A stretch of 64,000 bases of DNA from Escherichia phage myPSH2311. Location: sequence record MG976803.1; one strand, 5' to 3'. Position 1 is the stretch's first letter, and every line of letters begins with the position of its first letter. The translations under genes and the position numbers were made by a program. The notes beneath the pieces were generated by a model. The model was not told where the DNA came from. It did not search any database and was given only the letters and a program-made list of their open reading frames with translations. Below are positions 19,468 through 31,783 of the stretch, one piece after another.

Positions 19468-22260
19468 TTGACAGTTGCTAACCCATTGGCTGCTGCTGCT
19501 ATCATCGCAGGTCGTGAGACAGGTCGTGCATATGCAGACCAAACCCCTGAAGAGGGAGAAGATAAGTCTATTCTAGATGCAGCCTTAGTTGGTGGTGCTA
19601 ACTATGCGGCTCAGAGAATCCTTCCGGGTGCTGTCGGTACAGCTGAGTCCACACTTGGACGTATTGGTCAGAACGTTGCTAGTAACGCAGTGGCTGGTGC
19701 TAAAGGTGGCGCTCTTGTGGGTGCTGCTGAAGCTCAGAACAAGCATGGAGATGATACAACCTTTGCTAATGTATTAGAGGGTGCTATCGAAGAAGGTGCT
19801 ATGGGTGCTGCATTCGGTGGTGCAGTTGGTGGAGTTCATGGTTTGATTAGCCGTCCAGATTCTGCTGTCTTCAAGAATACTCCAGAGTATGCGAAGACTG
19901 ATATTGCTGCTGATGATGAACTAATTCGTAGTGCTAAGAATATTGATGAACTGAAAGAAGCTTACTCTAAAGCTGAAACTGCTAACGCTGCTTCTGCTCT
20001 GAATCTTCTGGATGAGAATGGATTCCGTATTACAGATGCTGTTGCTGTGGATTCTCCTGCTGCTCAGCGTATTCTTAATACTGACCAAGCTCGTGCTGAG
20101 AAAGCTGCTTCTGTTCAGAAAGAACATTCCAACATTCCGGGCCTTAATCCTTTAGCTTCTCCTGCTAAGACTCGTGGTAAAGCATTTGCTGATAATGAGC
20201 ACAACCAGAAGCAGGCTGTTGCTATGAAGGATGCAATGGCTGACTACACCAAAGACAACACGAAAGCTCTTACAGATGTTCTAGATAACCTAGACCGTGA
20301 ATTAACTTCTCTCCGAGCTTCTGGTGATTTTACTGGTAGTCCGATTGATATTAAGAATCGTACACAAGCTGACCGTGATTTCATTGATGCTTACAAGACT
20401 TTCTACAATGAAGCAAATCGATTCAAAGCTCGTGAAGGTGAAGATTTTAATAACTTTGTAGAGAAAGCTACTGAACTACAGAAGATGGCTGATAATGTTT
20501 CTCCAGAGATGAAGAAAGCTATCGGTGGGTTGAAGAAACTGAAAGGTATGCCTGAAGGTTTTAATCCTATTCAAGATGCTTATACTCTGAACAATACAGC
20601 TAAATTCATGAGCAACCAAGATCGTGGTTGGACTTCCTTGACTGATGATGGATTCCGTGAAGCTTCTTCACCTAGTCTGGTAATGAACACTCTTGGTGCT
20701 GCTAAGTATGCTCTGAATCGCTTCTCTTCTCAGCGTGCTCGTTCTCAACGTGTTAAGCAACAAGAATCTAACAGTGAAGCTATCCGCTCTCTTGCTCGTG
20801 GTGATTTGGAAGTTGCTCGTGCTAAATCTACTGCTGATGAAGCTCGTGCTAAGATGGAAGAAGAACCAGTTGTTGATGACATTAAATTTAAGACGCAAAA
20901 TGACGTAGAAACCGAACCGGTTCGGGAGCCTTCTTCTAGTACTGTGACGGAAGAAAATCTTCCTTCTTCTACTCCTCAAGAGACTCCTCTTACAGCTCGT
21001 GATTTAGTTGCGCAAAGACGCGCTATCCGTCAGGCTGAACAGCGTCGCGCTGAAGAAGAGGCATTGGCTGCTCAAGAAGCTCCGGTCGAACAGGCTCCAC
21101 AGGCTGAACCTCTCCCTGCTCGTAACCCTCTAGAGGAGCGTCGTGCAATGGAACAGCAACGTGCTCAAGAAGAGGCCGCACAGGCTCCAGAACCTACCGT
21201 AGAGGAACCAACAGTCAAAGCTGAGCCATTACCTGCCCGTGCTCCTAAAGCTCCTAAGGAAGCTGTACAGGACGTTAAACCGGCAAGTGGTGTAGAACGT
21301 TTAGCTGCTATGTCTAGTGCTGCTCGTCAGGCTACTAAAGATCGTGCAGAACGCTTTGCTCGTTCTCTGTACTCTAAGGCTGCTAAAGCTAAAGCTACTG
21401 CTGAAAACTTCTTGGCTTATAAAGGTGATCCTAAGGAACTGATGCGTCGTATTCGTCAGGAAGATAATGCTATCAACACTGAACGTCATGAAGAAATGGC
21501 TCGTAACCAGAGTTGCATGTCCGAAGCGGTTATCGAGGAACGTGGTCTGCCAGAAGACATTGCTACTAAGGCATTACGTGCTGAAGAGAAAGGTTTAGGT
21601 GGGAACGTAACTAACTTGGATAGTCTGAAACGTCGTGCTGAAAGGTTGTATCAGAAGCAGCGTGAAGATGAGTTTGATAGACTGTACCAACAAGCTCTAG
21701 AAGAGAATAAAGCTTTCGATAACAAGAATGCTCCTAAGCTGGTTGACCAGAAGAAAGAGCTTCAGTCTGAGATTGATACTTTGATTGATGCAGAACCTTT
21801 ACGTCCTGCTCAGAAAGACGCTATGCGTAAATTGATGAATGACTTTGTAGATGGAAAGTTTAAATCTTCAGAGAAGGCTGGTAGGGAAGAGGCTTTGGAA
21901 GTTGGTCAGATGAAGGATATTTGGGATGGGTTTATTAACACCTATAACAGAGAAGTGAATGCCTTCAACAAAGCTAACAAGAACTCTCAGTACGAAGCTG
22001 CTGCTAAGCATTTACAGGCTCGTGAAGAACGTCTTGCTACACTCAGGAAAAAGGCTCAGGCTCGTTCGGATGCTAAAGCTGCTGTTGAGAATGAACGTAA
22101 AACTCTAGAGGCTATTGCAGCTCAGAAGAGTGAGATTGAGAAGATGATGGAAGGTTTACCTAAACCTGTTCGTGAGGCTCAGGAATCTCGTACACTGAAA
22201 CAGTTGGCTGCTCACCACGATAAGAACTCTCCAGTTCCTCCAGAGAAGTTCCGTAGTTAA
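19468..22260 (+). CDS. Large A/E/K-rich internal virion/ejection protein (TTG start)
   Basis: 930 aa; internal AEPLPAR repeats; TTG at 19468 is the first start codon in frame after an upstream stop. Confidence 0.35.
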   Translation: MTVANPLAAAAIIAGRETGRAYADQTPEEGEDKSILDAALVGGANYAAQRILPGAVGTAESTLGRIGQNVASNAVAGAKGGALVGAAEAQNKHGDDTTFANVLEGAIEEGAMGAAFGGAVGGVHGLISRPDSAVFKNTPEYAKTDIAADDELIRSAKNIDELKEAYSKAETANAASALNLLDENGFRITDAVAVDSPAAQRILNTDQARAEKAASVQKEHSNIPGLNPLASPAKTRGKAFADNEHNQKQAVAMKDAMADYTKDNTKALTDVLDNLDRELTSLRASGDFTGSPIDIKNRTQADRDFIDAYKTFYNEANRFKAREGEDFNNFVEKATELQKMADNVSPEMKKAIGGLKKLKGMPEGFNPIQDAYTLNNTAKFMSNQDRGWTSLTDDGFREASSPSLVMNTLGAAKYALNRFSSQRARSQRVKQQESNSEAIRSLARGDLEVARAKSTADEARAKMEEEPVVDDIKFKTQNDVETEPVREPSSSTVTEENLPSSTPQETPLTARDLVAQRRAIRQAEQRRAEEEALAAQEAPVEQAPQAEPLPARNPLEERRAMEQQRAQEEAAQAPEPTVEEPTVKAEPLPARAPKAPKEAVQDVKPASGVERLAAMSSAARQATKDRAERFARSLYSKAAKAKATAENFLAYKGDPKELMRRIRQEDNAINTERHEEMARNQSCMSEAVIEERGLPEDIATKALRAEEKGLGGNVTNLDSLKRRAERLYQKQREDEFDRLYQQALEENKAFDNKNAPKLVDQKKELQSEIDTLIDAEPLRPAQKDAMRKLMNDFVDGKFKSSEKAGREEALEVGQMKDIWDGFINTYNREVNAFNKANKNSQYEAAAKHLQAREERLATLRKKAQARSDAKAAVENERKTLEAIAAQKSEIEKMMEGLPKPVREAQESRTLKQLAAHHDKNSPVPPEKFRS

Positions 22261-22427
22261 TTGCAAGCCTTTTAAGGCGCGCTGAAGCGGCTTTAAATGG
22301 CGCTAAATCGTGCAAAATGCCCATTGGGAGCCTGAATGGCGCGTGTTTTGCATAAGCCGGCGTTTGCCCAGTTCGTAAGGCTGGTATTTTGCTGTAAAGC
22401 GTGATTCATCGCCGCCTGATGCGTACT

Positions 22428-23535
22428 ATGGAAGATAAGGGCATATCTAGAGAGGATGCTGAAGCATTTGCTGGTTCCTATATGGATAACCGTTATGCAC
22501 TTCTTGAGAAGCCTATGACTCCTACTGAACATCAGAATGCTCGTTCTCGTATCGAAGCTGATGTTGAGAAGTTTGCTAAGAAGTACGAATCAATGACTCC
22601 TATCGAGAAAGAGATTGTTAAGGTTACTGGAGATACTGAAGGTAAGCTTGATAACTTGGATGCGGATACTAGGAAGGCTATTGAGGAGGCTCAGAAGGTT
22701 GACTCTGATATTAAGAAACTGCAAGAGGAAGAGTTGGAGATGGAGAAGATTCGTTCTGCTCTGCCTGATGATGAAAGATCTCAAGCAAATTCTGATATCT
22801 TGGAAAGCATTAAACAACAGGAAGAGGTCTTTGCTGATAAAGTAGAGAAAGCTTTCTTGAGTGGGAAGAGCTTGGATGAGTTGGCTAGTGTGGCTGAAGT
22901 TTTAGACAGGGTTCATGGTGCAGATAAGGCTGGTAACAACCGTCGCTTTGTACGTGCATTGCAGACTGCTGCTGAAAACAAGAAGAAGTATGGTGATAAT
23001 CCAGTAGCTTGGTTTAGTGCTGATGATTACTCTGCCATTGCTAAACTTGGTGCTTCTTCCGCAGGTGGTAACAAATCCAGAGCACTGGAGAAGATCTTTG
23101 GTTCTACAGCTGAACAGGCTAAGAGTAAGTTGCTTGGTAGGGATGATGTAGCGAAGATGAGACGTGTGATTGAAGAGAACCCTGATATCAAGATTCCTTC
23201 TTACAAGACAGGTCAGGTTTCCAGTCCCAGTCAATGGGCATGCATGGTCCAAAATCGGCCCCTAGGGTAACGTCGGAATCCGGTACGCTTATGCCCCTAA
23301 GTGCATTTTTTTGCTTGGTAGGGATGATGTAGCGAAGATGAGACGTGTGATTGAAGAGAACCCTGATATCAAGATTCCTTCTTACAAGACAACAAATCGT
23401 ACTGAGTACTTGCAGTTCTTGGAGAAGTTTAATGACGAAGGGAAGCCTAAGATTAAACGTGGCTCATTGTCAGAGAAGCTTGAACGCAGTAAGCGTCAAT
23501 CGAGACTCCGTGTAAGAGTTCGACCTAAGGAGTGA
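22428..23535 (+). CDS. Hypothetical late protein, reading frame broken by a 100-bp insert plus 81-bp duplication (23211-23391)
   Basis: ORF 22401-23270 ends inside the GC-rich insert; ORF 23311-23535 restarts with a duplicated LGRDDVAKMRRVIEENPDIKIPSYKT segment. Confidence 0.35.
23211..23310. other. GC-rich insert flanked by 81-bp perfect direct repeats (23130-23210 and 23311-23391)
   Basis: Direct comparison of the two repeat copies; insert has different composition from flanks. Confidence 0.6.
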
Positions 23536-23812
23536 TAAAAGAAAAGCCCAGGGCTCGTTCAAGTCAAATGATGGGCTAGTCAATTAAGCCCCTTGGGCAT
23601 AGCTGGCAATGCTAGTCACAACTTCTTCATTCATATACCCTCCTAGATTGTGTTTATAAAATTAGTAAGTTTCTCTTCACTTTCATCAAAAGCTTTTCCA
23701 GCTGCTTCCATCTCCCAAGTATCGGCATTGTCAATAAAGCTCTGAGCTTCTAATAGGTCGTGGATTAAGTCGAAGAGTTTATTTTTATCTGCTTGTGTGA
23801 TCATGTCAGTTC

Positions 23813-24079
23813 CTAGATTAAATCGTAATACTGAATAATGTCAGAGAGTTTGAACTCTCGAATCTCATCTTTCTCTACATCTATCGCTGTCATAATCCAA
23901 CAAGGTTTGCCACCGTTATGAAAACGGGAGCTAGCAACGGAGGTTCGGAGTGGAATAACGGACCGGTCAGCAACCTCGCCTCTCCAATTGCGATAGCGAA
24001 AGCGAAGCACTTGTTGCGTAGATTTTTGATCATCACTCATTTCCTTTTTTGAATTGTTTTCTTGCATCATTATTGGCAA
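23813..24079 (-). CDS. Hypothetical protein
   Basis: 88-aa ORF at the distal end of the minus-strand module. Confidence 0.3.
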   Translation of the reverse strand: MPIMMQENNSKKEMSDDQKSTQQVLRFRYRNWRGEVADRSVIPLRTSVASSRFHNGGKPCWIMTAIDVEKDEIREFKLSDIIQYYDLI

Positions 24080-24366
24080 TGCTTAACGTAACTAGCTTGG
24101 GCTTCATGGTCAAGAGGAACTATAGGCTCTATGTGGTCAATAGCCATATCCTTTACAGGGTGGTCAGAACCACACATGGCACACTTAAAGTGCATTGCCA
24201 GTCTACCTGTCTTTGGATTAATCTTCTGCTCTGTCTTGGCGTCTGCTAGTGCATCGAACATGGGCTTCCACTTTCTAGTCAGAGAACGAATCCCTGACTT
24301 GATAAAAGAATTGTAACGAGCTTCAGTCCACATTCCAGAGCATCTAGTCTTCTCAGCCTTCGCCAT
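24070..24366 (-). CDS. HNH endonuclease
   Basis: CAMCGSDHPVKDMAIDHIEPIVPLDH: Cys pair plus DH...N/H pattern typical of HNH nucleases. Confidence 0.5.
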   Translation of the reverse strand: MAKAEKTRCSGMWTEARYNSFIKSGIRSLTRKWKPMFDALADAKTEQKINPKTGRLAMHFKCAMCGSDHPVKDMAIDHIEPIVPLDHEAQASYVKHCQ

Positions 24367-24739
24367 AACCTACACTCATATCATCTTCTTCCCATACACG
24401 TTTATCTACTCGGTGTGATACTTTTTCACGTTTTTCTTTAATATAGCGGTTGCCTAATTCGTGGCTATATTTAATACGCTGCTCTTTACGAGATTCACGG
24501 TTGGAGGAGTTTTCATCATATGAACGATAATCAAATTTACCCATTATAATATCCTTATTACCAAGATTTATCTAACCATGTCCAGTCGAACAGGTCTTCC
24601 GGAGTCTGACCAACAAAGAGCAGCCGAGCATTCTCAAGCATCTTCTCTTCATCTTCAGTATCGAACTTCTTATAATATTCCATTCGTACTATATGATACA
24701 TGGTCCAAGCCTGCATTGAACCGTAAAGCCCTTAGGCTG

Positions 24740-25366
24740 TTAGTTACCACCCCACATAACCTCTTTACGTTCCCCACATCCGGGGATGTTATCCGTACCA
24801 TCTCCAATCAACATTTGATAGAAGAAGTTTTGCCATGAAACTAAATCAGATACGTAATGAGGAGGGACTTCTTTCTGTCTTTCTCCACAAGCCCAGCGAT
24901 AATGCCATCCGGGAGTTATCAACAAATCCTTGTCTCTAGTACAGATGATAGTATTCTTATCCCTACGTTGCCTTTCAGCTAGTGCATCATCAGCCTCTCT
25001 CCCAAAGACCTCAATGTATTCGTACTTGGCTTTAATGTAATCACCAACGTTTTGCCAGTGAAAAGGTCTTTCTCCGGGAGGTCTGTTTGCCTTGTAGTCT
25101 TGTTGCTTAGCAACATCGAAACGGAAGTTACCGCCTTCGCTGAAGTAGAATACAACCTTACTACAACCCGAGCGAGCTATAATTGTATCAATCTTGTACT
25201 GAAGTCGTTCAATCATGAAATTGTAATCAACTGGAACACGTCCTGTGTCAAGGAAGGGATGCTCCTGAGTAAGAGCACCCACTTCATACCGAAGAACGTC
25301 AGCGTCCACTATAGCAACTTCAGGGAGCTTAACTTCTTCCATAAATATCATCCTGAGCTTGAGCAA
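24740..25366 (-). CDS. 5'-3' exonuclease/flap endonuclease family protein (N-terminal nuclease domain)
   Basis: FGREADDALA motif (EADD acidic cluster typical of FEN/5'-exo family). Confidence 0.45.
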   Translation of the reverse strand: MLKLRMIFMEEVKLPEVAIVDADVLRYEVGALTQEHPFLDTGRVPVDYNFMIERLQYKIDTIIARSGCSKVVFYFSEGGNFRFDVAKQQDYKANRPPGERPFHWQNVGDYIKAKYEYIEVFGREADDALAERQRRDKNTIICTRDKDLLITPGWHYRWACGERQKEVPPHYVSDLVSWQNFFYQMLIGDGTDNIPGCGERKEVMWGGN

Positions 25367-26218
25367 TAATCCAATCTAGGTCTGATACTGCTGATTCAAT
25401 AGTTGAGTCATTAAACAGTAGATATGTTTTTCTCTGTTCGCCTTCAATATACGAGCGAGAATCTCTATCAAAAGAACAACCATCTCTAAGAACTTGGACA
25501 ACTTGGACATTGAAATTCTTTTCTAGTTCTCGTACCTCTGCATCAAAGCCTCCGTCAGTGAAAACAATAATGTCGTCCTGACCCAGCCCTTCTTGTTTGA
25601 TGCTCTCTACAGCAAGATTCCCCATATGGTTGTTGCCAAACATAGGTTTTAAGAAGTCTTCACTTGTAGAAATCATCAAATCTCTTACAGACTTCCCTCC
25701 CCATTCTGGTCTAGGCTTTTCTTTCCATTCACGATCTTCATAGAGTGCTAGAAAGTTTTCTAGAGGCATACCCAATGCAGCAGCAGCTACATTATACATC
25801 GGCTCCTTGAAAGACTTGGTTGAATATCCATGATGGTATGAGTGTGCATTTACCCAAGCACTAGCTATCGTATCTTTACCACAACCCGGAGGCCCATTAA
25901 GAATTACCACTAAAGGTTTATATTGGGAGCATTCCACCATATTAGTCAGTGCTGGATTGCCTTGAGATTCCATTTCTAATTGCTCCGTGTGGTCATGTGA
26001 GTAGTCTACTGGAGAAGTTTTGTTACCAGTAACTTTAGGTAAAATCGCTCTAGTTGTTTCTACGTATTTACCGCCATCAATATTGATTTGAAACTCTACA
26101 AGCTCATTCTGTAACTCATATCCTGATAAGTTGGATAGCTCCTCCAACTCATCTCTGACGAAATTTAAATGTTTGATTTTAATTGCAAGAGCTTTCTTTA
26201 AAGCTTTTACCTCTTCAT

Positions 26219-26228
<10 letters not shown>
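25329..26228 (-). CDS. P-loop nucleotide/nucleoside-monophosphate kinase-like protein
   Basis: Walker A GPPGCGKDT in C-terminal half; N-terminal coiled-coil region. Confidence 0.45.
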
Positions 26229-27470
<1,242 letters not shown>

Positions 27471-27716
27471 AATGCATCTCTTTATAAATAGTTTCCGTGT
27501 TCTTCTTCCAGTTAGATAAACCGGTAAGAACCCTCTGAGCAACTTCATCAGCTGCCCTACTTCTTTCAATCTCTAACTCTTGCTGGTGCTTCTCTTTGTC
27601 CAGATTACTGCTGTCTGTTTGGTACTCGTTAAACTTCATACCACCAAAGAATACAAGAGCTGAGAAAATGATAAACCCTATATTATCACTTAATGTACTT
27701 TGCATACTGTCTCCAA

Positions 27717-27742
27717 CGAAAAAAGCCACCCGAAGGTGGCTA
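27717..27742 (-). terminator. Rho-independent terminator downstream of SSB gene
   Basis: Minus-strand GCCACC-UUCG-GGUGGC hairpin followed by U6. Confidence 0.7.
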
Positions 27743-27762
27743 AGCTATAACAAGGAGAGTTA

Positions 27763-28509
27763 TCAGAAAGGCGAATCGTTATCATCTTCATAAGTAGAAG
27801 CAGGCTCTTTATCAATCGTAGGAATTGAAGGAGTAGCTTCTTTCTGTTCTGTTTCAGAAGCACGAGTAATTTCACGACCAGCCAGAGGCATGTTCTTAGC
27901 GTCATTAGCTTGAGTAAGCAGATTGCGCTGGAACGGGAACATCAGTTGATAAGATGCTACGTTCTCGTCGGTTTCAGCATACGGTTCGAAGAATACCAGA
28001 GGACTACGAGCTTCACCAACTGCTGCACGATATTTAGTTGGGATTGGAGAAATGGTCTTGATGGAGTTTTTAACTTCACCAGCTTTGTTAGTGTAAGAGT
28101 TAACCAGAATGTTAACAGGCTGACCTAACAGAACATCCTTGAACCAAGACAGATCACCTTTCAGTGCTTGAATACTTGGGTCAACCATCTTGCAAAGATC
28201 AAGAATACCAGAGTTCTTAGCTCGTGGGTTTACATCATAGCTCTTGAACTGGCAAGCCGGACGTGGTTCTAATGCCTTACCATCGGAATCTTTACCAGTA
28301 GCATCAACACCAATCAGCTCGAAAGCTAAATCCATACGGAAAGCCGGATTCTTAGGAGTTACTGCTTTGGTCTTCGGGTCAATCCAAGGGTCACGATTGT
28401 GAACACCCAAACCTACTACACGAACGATACGTGCTTCGTATTCACCATCAGGGATTACATCGTAGTTGGATTTACGGGAAGAAGTTGCGATAGTTGGAAT
28501 CATAGACAT
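27763..28509 (-). CDS. Single-stranded DNA-binding protein (T7 gp2.5-like)
   Basis: 248 aa with acidic C-terminal tail ending ...YEDDNDSPF (acidic tail plus terminal Phe as in gp2.5-type SSBs). Confidence 0.45.
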   Translation of the reverse strand: MSMIPTIATSSRKSNYDVIPDGEYEARIVRVVGLGVHNRDPWIDPKTKAVTPKNPAFRMDLAFELIGVDATGKDSDGKALEPRPACQFKSYDVNPRAKNSGILDLCKMVDPSIQALKGDLSWFKDVLLGQPVNILVNSYTNKAGEVKNSIKTISPIPTKYRAAVGEARSPLVFFEPYAETDENVASYQLMFPFQRNLLTQANDAKNMPLAGREITRASETEQKEATPSIPTIDKEPASTYEDDNDSPF

Positions 28510-29071
28510 AGTGTAATTTCCTTATTTAATTTGAAAGATTGTTGCTCTCTTTGAGCGGTTATGTATAATATACATTACATATATAGTGTAGGAACTACCG
28601 GAAGGTAGTAGGTTTTGTCCAAACAAAAGTCTCTTTAGAATTATTTGTTGGAGATTGTCTCTTATAAACCCGAGACTGCCTAGCAGTTACATAAGCTCTA
28701 GCTTTTTCTGTAGCTGCATACTTATGGTTAAATTTCATGGTAGTATATCTCTAAGTGCTATAATGTATATAAGTTATAGCTGATAAAGTTATTGCACGGG
28801 ACTGACGACGATAAGGCGCAGACGACAATCTCTCATAAGTTTGTAAGAAATTGAGAGACTACCGGAAGGGCAGGAGCCACCTGCGAGATAAAAATAGAGA
28901 ATTAAGGAATCCTTGATTTAGGTTGTAGGGACTCCTAGGGACTTTGATTCTCTATTTAAAAGAATATTAATTACTTATTACCTAAATAATTAACTAACTT
29001 ACTTAAACCAAATTCAATAAGAATAGATAAAAAGATTATTCCTAAGAAAGCTAAAAAGTAAAGGATATAAG
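28510..29071. promoter_or_regulatory. AT-rich intergenic region with TATAAT-like boxes and a duplicated ACTACCGGAAGG motif
   Basis: Motif at 28594-28605 and 28858-28869; no ORF over 60 aa. Confidence 0.3.
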
Positions 29072-29201
29072 TTACCATTCAAGTAAACCTTTAAAGTTAG
29101 ATTTTTCTACTATCCTCTGATAACGAAGATTAGAATCAGCTTGTTTCTTTAACATCTCATTATACTGATCTCTGATAGAGTCTTTATGTACTACAGGTTC
29201 T

Positions 29202-29705
29202 TTAAATAACGAGATCTTGTTCTTTTCTTCTTTCATCAAAGACCTTCCTAATCTCTTGCAGAGAAACAGCTTTATAGTTAATTTGCTCCATTGATGTACA
29301 GAAATATCTCCAATCATCAATTACGTGGTTATGAGTATGAGCATAAATATTAAACTTCCCTCTCATCTCATCAGTGTGAATAGGAATATGAGTTACCCAA
29401 AACTCTTTATATTTATAATCACCAGAGATTCTACGGAAGACTTTCATCATATCAGGGAGAAGTTCTAACCTGTCATGGTTCCCTAAGACTAGATGCTTCT
29501 CTCCTCTTACTTCAGCGATGATATCAAGGGCATACTTTTCAAACACCCAATCACCGGTAAAGAAGATTTTATCACGTTTAGTTACATGATCAAATGCAGC
29601 TAGGATTGCTTTGTCATGTTCTTCGATGGTTTTAAATTGCTTACGAAAACTACAGATGTTGCGATGGCCTAAGTGACCATCCCCTGCAAAATAAACTTCA
29701 GCCAT
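29202..29705 (-). CDS. Calcineurin-like metallophosphoesterase
   Basis: GDGHLGH, FTGDW and LVLGNHD motifs (GDxHG...GDxxDRG...GNH[DE]). Confidence 0.6.
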   Translation of the reverse strand: MAEVYFAGDGHLGHRNICSFRKQFKTIEEHDKAILAAFDHVTKRDKIFFTGDWVFEKYALDIIAEVRGEKHLVLGNHDRLELLPDMMKVFRRISGDYKYKEFWVTHIPIHTDEMRGKFNIYAHTHNHVIDDWRYFCTSMEQINYKAVSLQEIRKVFDERRKEQDLVI

Positions 29706-29714
29706 AAAGACCTC

Positions 29715-29825
29715 TTAGATAGTTAATTTGTGATCTTCCTCCGCTCTGTTTCTAACAGAGACGGCTTCTTCTAGGGTTGAGAAAGTTCCTAGGTATTTAG
29801 TTTTCGTTGAAAGGCTTAAGGCTTT
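29715..29825 (-). CDS. AP2-like DNA-binding domain fragment (remnant of HNH/AP2 homing-endonuclease-like gene)
   Basis: Translation KYLGTFSTLEEAVSVRNRAEEDH resembles the Y.G.F.T.EEA AP2 signature; upstream part replaced by GC-rich sequence. Confidence 0.3.
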   Translation of the reverse strand, partial: KALSLSTKTKYLGTFSTLEEAVSVRNRAEEDHKLTI

Positions 29826-30607
29826 TGGCATAGCTGCAAAATGGGCCCGTTAATATGACCCGTTAAAGGCTTTTTTGGCATGCGTAAAAGGCTTGCTTAA
29901 ATTTCCTGCCTCATCACCCCGCCTGCATTTTGTTCCGTTGCGAATTCTCCAGAACACTTTCCCAGATGATAAATCACAAACAAAGAACTCATCCAGAAGA
30001 TCTTCTATCATATCATGCAACCATCGCAAGTTAAGTCACCTAGCAGGGACAGGGAAAGTAATCTGGATTGCTCATCGCTGTATAGTTGATCAATCTCTTC
30101 TTTAAGTTTTGCCAACTCCATAAAGTTAATGAGCTGACCATGTTCGAGGCAGTCTGTTTTTAGTACGAACAAAACTTCAGCGTTGGTTGAGTCTTCACTT
30201 GAGTATTTATCAATGTATTCCATTTTTATGCCACATCTCCTTGTTTGTTGTTAATAATATCCAGTGCTGTATAAGCTTTACCTGTTCCTAAGTATTCCAA
30301 AACTGGAGGACTCTTCTTTTCTTCAGCGACTACATAAGGTGTGATCTTCCCTTTCAGTACAGCCTGAGATGCTTTAGCACTGTCTTCAGAGGTATGAATA
30401 GTAGTAAGCCCTTTCTTTCCAATTCTATAAGTGTGAACCCAAATCATTCTTCTTCCTCATATTCCCAATTTCTTTCATAATATCCAGAGTTATAGTTTAG
30501 GGCGCACTTCTCGGCCTCTTCTATGTCGTCGGTGTTTAGGATATTCACCCACCCTCCAGCTTCATCAAAACCTTCTTCTTCCTCGTTAATCCATACACTA
30601 TATTTCT

Positions 30608-31018
30608 TCATCGAATCACCAAAGGCTCTTCAGAGTACACAGGAGCGGCTATTTCTACAGGAGGTGCTGCCCTAAGGTCATTAAGTCTTACGCCCTTCAG
30701 CATACCGTCTAGGTGGTCCTTTTTGGGGATTCCAACAGGGAAGTCATCAATCCAGATATCGACGAAGAAGCCTAACTGTCGACACACCTCATCCTTCTGC
30801 ACACCATTACAAAAGATGACAGGGATTTGCAGGGTCTCTGCATCATAGAGGATATCCACGTTATCATAACCATTAGGCTCTGAGAAACGGAAAGTCACGA
30901 ATCTTACATCATGTCCATACCCTTTCATCAATCCTATCACATCTCTCCACAGTCGTCTGTCTGCTGTGTAAGTGTCATCATAATCTAAACCAATATTCAT
31001 GTCAAACCCTTTAGACAA
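30608..31018 (-). CDS. Hypothetical protein
   Basis: 136-aa ORF followed by terminator. Confidence 0.3.
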   Translation of the reverse strand: MSKGFDMNIGLDYDDTYTADRRLWRDVIGLMKGYGHDVRFVTFRFSEPNGYDNVDILYDAETLQIPVIFCNGVQKDEVCRQLGFFVDIWIDDFPVGIPKKDHLDGMLKGVRLNDLRAAPPVEIAAPVYSEEPLVIR

Positions 31019-31045
31019 GAAAAGCCGCCCGAAGGCAGCTTCTTA
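31019..31045 (-). terminator. Rho-independent terminator
   Basis: Minus-strand AAGCUGCC-UUCG-GGCGGCUU hairpin followed by U-rich tract. Confidence 0.6.
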
Positions 31046-31783
31046 TTTAACTGTTCACTTTAGCTTCAAGTGTTTCGTTTTCAATACTCAAGTCAATCAC
31101 TACACCAGTAAGCTCAACGACTGCTTGGCGAAGGGCATCTTTACCCATAGAGTGTACTTGAGATAAGAAGAAAGCTTTACCTTCTTCAGTGGATAGGGTT
31201 TCTTTTAATTCAGAAGCAGTCATTGATATTCCTTATGTTATGTTATAAATTCGCATGATTGTACCACCGGTTAGTTCAATTTCGGCAATCTTCTCATCTC
31301 GTTCTAAATCTGTATACACTAGCACATTCTCAAATACACCTGTTGCGTCAGTATAAAGGATGTTATACTTCGGAGGTGGCTTACGGTAGATACCTTCCAT
31401 CACTCTTTCTCCTCTCGTTCTTTCCACAGTTCAGCAAGTTCTAAATAAAACTCAGCTTCATCAGGACGTCCTTGTTCATTACAGATGGCGCTCTGACGAT
31501 AACACCAATCCGATGGCATCTCTTCCACTTCAATCTCCTTGTTACGAACCAATCAATAAGAATAGTTCATTCATCTTATTTATTCACTCTACCAATGCAG
31601 GTACTTCTATCCTTTTAACTGTGAATGACTTGTTTGGAAACTTTCGAACTAGCTCTGCTGCTTTGGTTATTGCTAAGTTCTCTGTCTCAAAGATACACAG
31701 TTGACCATTTAATGCTACGAGAGTGGAGCCACCACTGTAGATGGCCCAAGATTGATAATAACCACGAACACTCATAACTCACC

